In this document: positions 27,058-32,000 of the stretch, in pieces
Position numbering within the stretch: the stretch's first letter is position 1
How the letters are laid out: each line of letters starts with the position of its first letter
NCBI RefSeq assembly: GCF_000341395.1
Contig: NC_020305.1
Span: 1 to 32,000, forward strand
Length of the DNA stretch: 32,000 nucleotides
Direction of reading: 5' to 3'
Source of the DNA: Desulfocapsa sulfexigens DSM 10523
GTDB taxonomy: Bacteria; Desulfobacterota; Desulfobulbia; Desulfobulbales; Desulfocapsaceae
The notes under the pieces: generated by a model
Told to the model about the DNA's origin: nothing
Databases searched by the model: none
Seen by the model: the letters and a program-made list of their open reading frames with translations, nothing else
Position numbers and translations under genes: made by a program

Positions 27058-27134
27058 TGCAAAGGTAAGGTTTGACTTTGTTTAACAAGTAGGGTTCAGT
27101 TGGAACAAATAAGAGAAATAACCAGGAAATTATA

Positions 27135-28388
27135 ATGAAAAGACAGAATGCATTTTTTGAAGCACTTGGCGTTGATGCAACAAATAGTAAGGAGGTAACG
27201 CGACTTGCTGTAATTAGCGGCATTTCCGTTAAAAAACTTCGTTACTACAATGAACATCACCTGATGCCCTCTGGCACTGAGTTGGAGAAGATCATAGAAA
27301 CAACCAATGTAACTAAGTTGAAGCTTATGTTGAAACTTGGTTGTGTTGATCATAATGTTGCAGGAATGCTAAGTGAACATGCTGATGAAATTATTACTCT
27401 TTTTGAAAAAGAGAAAAAACAAACAAAAGCCAAAAAAAGATTACAGCCTGTCTTTGAAACAAATCTAGGAAAGCTTTATCACGGTAATTGTATTGAAGTC
27501 CTGATGCAGATGCCAAGCAATAGCGTTGATATGGTCTTTGCAGATCCACCGTTTAATCTGAACAAATTGTATCCCTCTAACATAAATGATGACTTAAAGG
27601 CTGAACAGTATCTGGATTGGTGTGAAGATTGGATAGACGAATGTGTGAGGGTCCTAAAGTTTGGCGGAGCGTTTTTATTATGGAATTTGCCAAAATGGAA
27701 TTCTGCTTTATCTAATTTTCTGAATGATAGATTAACTTTCAGGCATTGGATTGCTACCGACATCAAATATAGATTACCGATTAAAGGTAGACTGTATCCT
27801 GCACACTATTCTTTGCTGTATTATATAAACGGAGACAAGCCTAAAACATTCCATCCTGATAGGTTGCCAATGCAGGTATGTCCAAAATGTAGTGGTGATC
27901 TGAAAGATTATGGTGGCTATAAAGCAAAAATGAATCCAGCTGGAGTTAATATGTCTGATATCTGGATTGATATTCCACCAGTCCGTCATAATAAATATAA
28001 GCGTCGCGAGGGGGCCAACGAACTATCACTTAAACTGCTCGATAGAATAGTGGAAATGAGCACCGATGAGGGAGACATTGTCTTTGATCCTTTTGGTGGT
28101 TCAGGTACTACCTACATGGCCTCTGAATTGAAAAAACGTAAATGGATTGGGTGTGAAATCGGCCCAGTTGATGATATTGTTAACAGGTTTGACCACATCA
28201 ACGAAGAGAGGGAAATTCTAAATAATTATCGTGATAATTTAAATAGTTTATTTCCAAAGCAGATCTTAAAAAAAAGAGAAAAGGAAGGGCTATGGACCTG
28301 TGAATCTGTCAGAAGTAAAGCTGCATTAAAAATGTCTACAACTACCTACACAGAAAACTCCATTCCCCAGCTTGCAAAGACCAAATGA
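27135..28388 (+). CDS. Type II DNA amino-methyltransferase with N-terminal HTH-like domain (417 aa)
   Basis: GKLYHGNCIEVLMQMPSNSVDMVFADPPFNLN (motif IV DPPF) and DIVFDPFGGSGTTYMASELKKRKWIGCEI (FxGxG motif). Confidence 0.92.
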   Translation: MKRQNAFFEALGVDATNSKEVTRLAVISGISVKKLRYYNEHHLMPSGTELEKIIETTNVTKLKLMLKLGCVDHNVAGMLSEHADEIITLFEKEKKQTKAKKRLQPVFETNLGKLYHGNCIEVLMQMPSNSVDMVFADPPFNLNKLYPSNINDDLKAEQYLDWCEDWIDECVRVLKFGGAFLLWNLPKWNSALSNFLNDRLTFRHWIATDIKYRLPIKGRLYPAHYSLLYYINGDKPKTFHPDRLPMQVCPKCSGDLKDYGGYKAKMNPAGVNMSDIWIDIPPVRHNKYKRREGANELSLKLLDRIVEMSTDEGDIVFDPFGGSGTTYMASELKKRKWIGCEIGPVDDIVNRFDHINEEREILNNYRDNLNSLFPKQILKKREKEGLWTCESVRSKAALKMSTTTYTENSIPQLAKTK

Positions 28389-28426
28389 TTACAGGTTATA
28401 CACAATCCGAGGTACGGAAAGTCCCC

Positions 28427-29139
28427 CCCGCACCCGCTCCGGCACGTCCTTTGCGTTTGTCTGCCCCGGTCGGCTGCAGCCCGGCAAACTGCCGCCGGTC
28501 TTCCGCTGCGCCCAGCTCAGCCAGCAAAGGCCCCGCCTCCACTCCTTCCGTGCAGGCTGCAGCGCTCCAGCTCCGCTTCAAGCCGGATCCCCGGTATCCC
28601 CAAGTTTCCAGCTTCGGCAGTGCACCTGGCAAAACAACACGCCAGGAGCCCTGCCTCTGTGCGTTCTGGTGGTAGACTCACCACCTGCTTAGTGTGGTGT
28701 CCACCGGCACATATTTTATAGCAGGCACAAAAAAATACTGCGCCCGCTATAAAAATGTGCGGAGGCCACACCCGATCCCGATCCGTGGCAGATCCAGGAT
28801 CCTTTCTCCGGCCACGCACCCAGAAACTACACCTGGGAGCCTGTCCGGTACCGGCTTTGGTGAGTAAGCCCAAGTCCTGCCTAAAGTGGTGTCCACCGCA
28901 AAAGCGCGGAGGCCACACCTGACACGGATTCCGGTTAAAACTGTCACGGCTTTTGCATCTTCCCGCTTCAATTAAATGGAGTTTCAGGGGCAAAAGCTCA
29001 CGCCAGTTTTACCGGTAAGTGTCCGCTTGCGCGAATCACAGTGGACGCGGGATACTGCCCCGCTTATGCCCCGGCCCGGTAAGTCAGATATGGGCAGGCA
29101 TTCCGGGCCGGGGTATCTTTGGCCTGCGGCGCATGATAG
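28427..29139 (+). repeat. Large GC-rich intergenic repeat, copy B (inverted relative to copy A at 3269-3805)
   Basis: See copy A. Contains an extra segment of about 165 bp after GGATTCCGG, and two GGTGTCCACCG...CGGAGGCCACACC hairpin modules (about 28697-28771 and 28888-28918). Confidence 0.85.
28927..28974 (+). repeat. Direct repeat flanking the RM module, right copy
   Basis: GATTCcGGTTAAAACTGTCACGGCTTTTgcatCTTCCCGCTTcAaTTA. Confidence 0.85.
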
Positions 29140-29180
29140 AGGATCACTCCGGCCAGCACCGCCCCAGCCACCCGCCAGCA

Positions 29181-29305
29181 CAACCCCAAAACACAAACCG
29201 CCATAGCCCACCTGGTGCTGCAATGCAAGGTCGGTTGTCCAGTAGGGCACTCCACCTTGCATTGCAGCACCAGGCAGGCTTAAAGACATGGCGGTTTTGG
29301 GGTTG
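29181..29305. repeat. Long imperfect inverted repeat with perfect 21-bp core
   Basis: Core CCTGGTGCTGCAATGCAAGGT (29211-29231) / ACCTTGCATTGCAGCACCAGG (29254-29274). Outer arms CCGCCAT/ATGGCGG and CAACCCCAAAA/TTTTGGGGTTG. Confidence 0.88.
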
Positions 29306-29926
29306 CACTGTCGGGTTTGGCTTAGGGGCTCTTGCTTCTCCCGGCCTCCGTTCTGAAAGTTTGGCGTTGCACGCTCTGAAAAAGACAGATACCTCCGGTG
29401 GGGGGTTCCCTCTCAGGTTTGGCCAAAGTCCGTGCCAGTTCCGCCTGTCCCAGGGTATGTTTTTACTGTTTAGTACGCACTGTTTCCTTGCAATATGCGC
29501 CCTGTTTGGTATAATTATGTAAGCTAAAATATTTATTATATCAGGTGGTTTTATGGTTTCTTTCCCCTCCCGCACTTTGGCGCGTTGCTGGGCTGTTGCC
29601 TGTGGTGTCCCGGTTGCAGAGGCTGGGGCCGTTGTCTCCGGTCGCCCTGGGGCCTGGTCCTCGGTTCCCGGCCCTGCCGTCCAGGTTTCCTGCATGTTTT
29701 GCCATCGTTTGGGGCGGTGCGGCGGTTCACCTGGCGGTACCGGTTGCCGTTTCAAGCCCTCCCGCTGGTGGCCGGATCCGCGCTCCGGGCTGCCGGTTCA
29801 GCTCTCTCTTTTTCAATAAAAAAGTAACGAAAAGGTGTAAATAAACCTGTACTTTGTGCGTCCTTTTATGTTAAAATTACATAAAGAGTAAGGGAAAGGC
29901 CCTTGCCACATATTTTTTTGTACAGA

Positions 29927-29947
29927 GTGCGTACATTTAGTACGCAC
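29927..29947. promoter_or_regulatory. Candidate operator palindrome GTGCGTAC-attta-GTACGCAC upstream of the phage-like module
   Basis: Perfect 8-bp inverted repeat 16 bp before the ATG at 29964. The half site TTTAGTACGCAC recurs at 29469-29480. Confidence 0.6.
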
Positions 29948-29963
29948 AGCAAAGGAGGTTTTT

Positions 29964-30266
29964 ATGAATATGGCACACGAAATTACTCCGGAACAAATCA
30001 CCCCTCGCTTTATCGCCGCCCTGGTCAAATGGCAGAAGAAAGGCCGCAGATCCGTAGACGTCAAGATCCCGCCTCTTTGGTTTGACGAGGAAGGGGCTGT
30101 TTGTACCGTCTGGTGCTACGACAGCGATTTAATGGAAGGTCGCTTTGTTACAAAAATTTCCGAGATCCCCACTACAAAACAGCTTGCCGAATCAAAGCGC
30201 CTGGCAATCGAAAAAGAAAGGGCCGAATTGCGGCAGAGATTAGCAGAAATGGAGGGCGAAAAATGA
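29964..30266 (+). CDS. Small phage-like hypothetical protein (100 aa)
   Basis: Strong SD (aaaggagg), followed by a 3-base-offset ATGA overlap with the next ORF. Confidence 0.7.
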   Translation: MNMAHEITPEQITPRFIAALVKWQKKGRRSVDVKIPPLWFDEEGAVCTVWCYDSDLMEGRFVTKISEIPTTKQLAESKRLAIEKERAELRQRLAEMEGEK

Positions 30267-31123
30267 AATTACCGATCATTCAATCACCCCAGCTCGTAAA
30301 GCAAACAGAAATAGCCCTGGCCTATGCCCTTTTTCAACGGGAAAGGCACGGTAAACGGCTGGAACAGGTTGTTTTAGCCCCTGAAAACAAGCGGGGATAC
30401 CTTGGGGTGTCTTCAATTTCCACCCCGCCGTGTGTGCTGTATTACTCGCTGACAAACGAGCCCAAGGAAGAAACGGATCTTCCTTCCCGCTTTGGATTTG
30501 ATACCGGCCATATTTTAGAAGGATACGTTCTGGATCTGCTCCAGGCCGAGGAACGCCAGGGGGAATTATCCTGGCCGTATCTTCTCGCCCCTAGTGGGGT
30601 TATTAAGGGCCATTTTGATGGCAGGACGAAAAATCTTATGCAGGATGGGGCTTGTATTATCGAGGTGAAGGCCACCGGGGGGTATTCGTTCAACAAAAAA
30701 ATAGAGGAAGGTGCAGACAACGGGCATATCGAACAGGCATTCGTTTACGCAGTCGGCAGCTCCTCCCCCTATTTCGTTATAATTTACTGCAATCGTGAAG
30801 CAAAGAAAAGCACTCCTTTTTATGCGGTGTTTGGTTTTCATATTCCGGACATGATAGCGGCAAAAAAGGCGGTTCAGGATCTGTTCGCAGAAAGATTCGA
30901 TCCCGTTTTGTTATCCCTGCACCATGAATTACGGCCGGATCAGCCGGAAAAACCCCGTTGGGAGTTCGGCCCCAGGGGCTGGCGGTGCCGCCCCGATTCT
31001 TCGTACTTCACTAAAGGCGGGAAGGAAAATTTTACCGTTGGCTATTGCTCTTACCGGGGAACCTGTCCGGAAGGGCTGGCGTACCGCGAAATCGAAGAGG
31101 AAAGAAAGGTCGCAGCGGCATAA
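30263..31123 (+). CDS. PD-(D/E)xK (RecB/Cas4-like) nuclease-family protein
   Basis: GHILEGYVLDLLQAEER, IKGHFDGRTKNLMQDGACIIEVKATGG (D...ExK), YCNREAKK. Likely start ATG 30263 inside the longer track ORF 30101-31123. Confidence 0.75.
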   Translation: MKLPIIQSPQLVKQTEIALAYALFQRERHGKRLEQVVLAPENKRGYLGVSSISTPPCVLYYSLTNEPKEETDLPSRFGFDTGHILEGYVLDLLQAEERQGELSWPYLLAPSGVIKGHFDGRTKNLMQDGACIIEVKATGGYSFNKKIEEGADNGHIEQAFVYAVGSSSPYFVIIYCNREAKKSTPFYAVFGFHIPDMIAAKKAVQDLFAERFDPVLLSLHHELRPDQPEKPRWEFGPRGWRCRPDSSYFTKGGKENFTVGYCSYRGTCPEGLAYREIEEERKVAAA

Positions 31124-31131
31124 ATAAAAGC

Positions 31132-31159
31132 GTCGCCCTGGGCATTGCCCCAGGGCGAC
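31132..31159 (+). other. Perfect 11-bp GC-rich hairpin in intergenic region
   Basis: GTCGCCCTGGG-cattgc-CCCAGGGCGAC. Confidence 0.85.
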
Positions 31160-31179
31160 AGCACAGCGAGGCACAGATT

Positions 31180-32000
31180 ATGACTCTCTTTCAAAAAGCA
31201 GAACGAAAAAAAGCAAAACTCCGGCTCTCAATCGACGGGCCGAGCGGATCCGGGAAAACCCACTCCGGTTTACTGGTGGCCGGTGGCCTGGTACCGGATG
31301 GAAAAATATTTTTAATTGATACTGAGCGCGACAGCGCAACCCTGGAAACCGGAAAGCCGGGCATTCCTGATTTTTTCCACGCCCCCCTTACCCCACCGTT
31401 TACCCCGGCAAAGTATCGGGAATACATCGAGGCCGCAACTACGGAAGGGGCGGACGTAATTATAATTGATTCACTCTCTCATGCCTGGTCAGGCTCCGGG
31501 GGCGTGCTGGACATGCACGACACCGCAAGCAAGGCACAGCGGGGCGGGAACAGCTGGGCCGCCTGGCGGGAAGTGACCCCGGAACACAACGCCCTGGTCG
31601 ATGCAATTTTACAGGCCCCCTGCCATATCGTTTGCACTATGCGGACAAAAACAGCATGGGAAGTGGTGGAAACCAGCAACGGCAAGAAGGCCCCGCAGAA
31701 AATAGGCCTCAAACCGGAACAGCGGGAAGGTATGGAATACGAGTTTACCCTTGTTCTGGATCTTGCCCTTGAAGGCCATATTGCAACGGCCAGCAAAGAC
31801 CGAACATCCCTTTTCGATGGAAAACACTTTGTGCCTGGTATCGGAACTGGTGAAGAGTTGGCCGAGTGGTTGAACACTGGCCGGGATCCGGAAGAGATCA
31901 GCGCAGCAGCTCTCAAAAAACTGAAAGCTGCTGTCTCCAAAATTAAGGCCGTGCCCCATCTGGAAAACTGGTGGAAGGCGCATAGACCCGAGGCCGACAG
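31180..32000 (+). CDS. RecA/Sak4-like phage AAA ATPase, partial (runs off window end)
   Basis: ATG at 31180: MTLFQKAERKKAKLRLSIDGPSGSGKTHSGLLVAGGL...KIFLIDTERDSA...GADVIIIDSLSHAW. Not in the ORF track because it is open at the right edge. Confidence 0.85.
   Translation, partial: MTLFQKAERKKAKLRLSIDGPSGSGKTHSGLLVAGGLVPDGKIFLIDTERDSATLETGKPGIPDFFHAPLTPPFTPAKYREYIEAATTEGADVIIIDSLSHAWSGSGGVLDMHDTASKAQRGGNSWAAWREVTPEHNALVDAILQAPCHIVCTMRTKTAWEVVETSNGKKAPQKIGLKPEQREGMEYEFTLVLDLALEGHIATASKDRTSLFDGKHFVPGIGTGEELAEWLNTGRDPEEISAAALKKLKAAVSKIKAVPHLENWWKAHRPEAD

Noticed and set aside
28372-29755. Multiple long GC-rich ORFs on both strands (28372..28692, 28385..28675, 28517..28993, 29019..29522, 29144..29755, 29545..29844)
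   Set aside because: Overlapping frames on both strands, Pro/Arg/Cys/Ala-rich compositional translations, poor agreement between repeat copies A and B in any one frame, and several span palindromes. Treated as noncoding repeat DNA.
1-32000. rRNA or tRNA genes
   Set aside because: No recognisable tRNA cloverleaf T-loop (GGTTCGANTCC) or rRNA signature was noticed; a tRNAscan/Infernal run would be needed to be certain.

Overview
The window reads as an integrated plasmid or plasmid-like mobile element of a bacterium, carrying several accessory modules. From left to right: (1) the 3' end of an IS110-type transposase gene. (2) A short accessory stretch with a DUF1780-like protein, an AP2-domain-like protein, and a putative molybdenum-carrier gene broken by an internal deletion plus frameshift. 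(3) A compact AT-rich six-gene operon at about 4.2-10.6 kb: class I glutamine amidotransferase, GhrA-like 2-hydroxyacid dehydrogenase, membrane-anchored PLD-like protein, GshB-like ATP-grasp, C45/IAT-like Ntn-hydrolase, and B12-binding radical SAM enzyme with a Cx4Cx2C motif. I cannot match this gene combination to a known pathway; it looks like an uncharacterised biosynthetic cluster. (4) A ParA plus small ribbon-helix-helix partner partition pair. (5) An 894-aa protein with an HsdR-N-like PD-(D/E)xK nuclease domain, a P-loop NTPase and a C-terminal S1 domain, a candidate defence protein. (6) A Rep_3 initiator with an upstream iteron array of 21-bp period. (7) An SNase-like nuclease, an XRE regulator and a CHC2/Toprim primase-helicase, followed by a helically phased array of GGTGCA motifs that may be a second origin or control locus. 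(8) A tyrosine recombinase translationally coupled to an exported protein, a membrane-anchored AAA ATPase and a YdjM-like membrane protein, then HU. (9) A BamHI-type restriction-modification module (R, C, M) with recognition and catalytic residues conserved and a C-box palindrome. (10) A GC-rich noncoding repeat region and the start of a phage-like recombination module (PD-(D/E)xK nuclease plus RecA/Sak4-like ATPase). Large divergent inverted intergenic repeats (about 3.3-3.8 kb and 28.4-29.1 kb) bracket most of the cargo. Smaller dispersed repeats flank the biosynthetic operon and the RM module. Everything is from reading the sequence; no database search was run.
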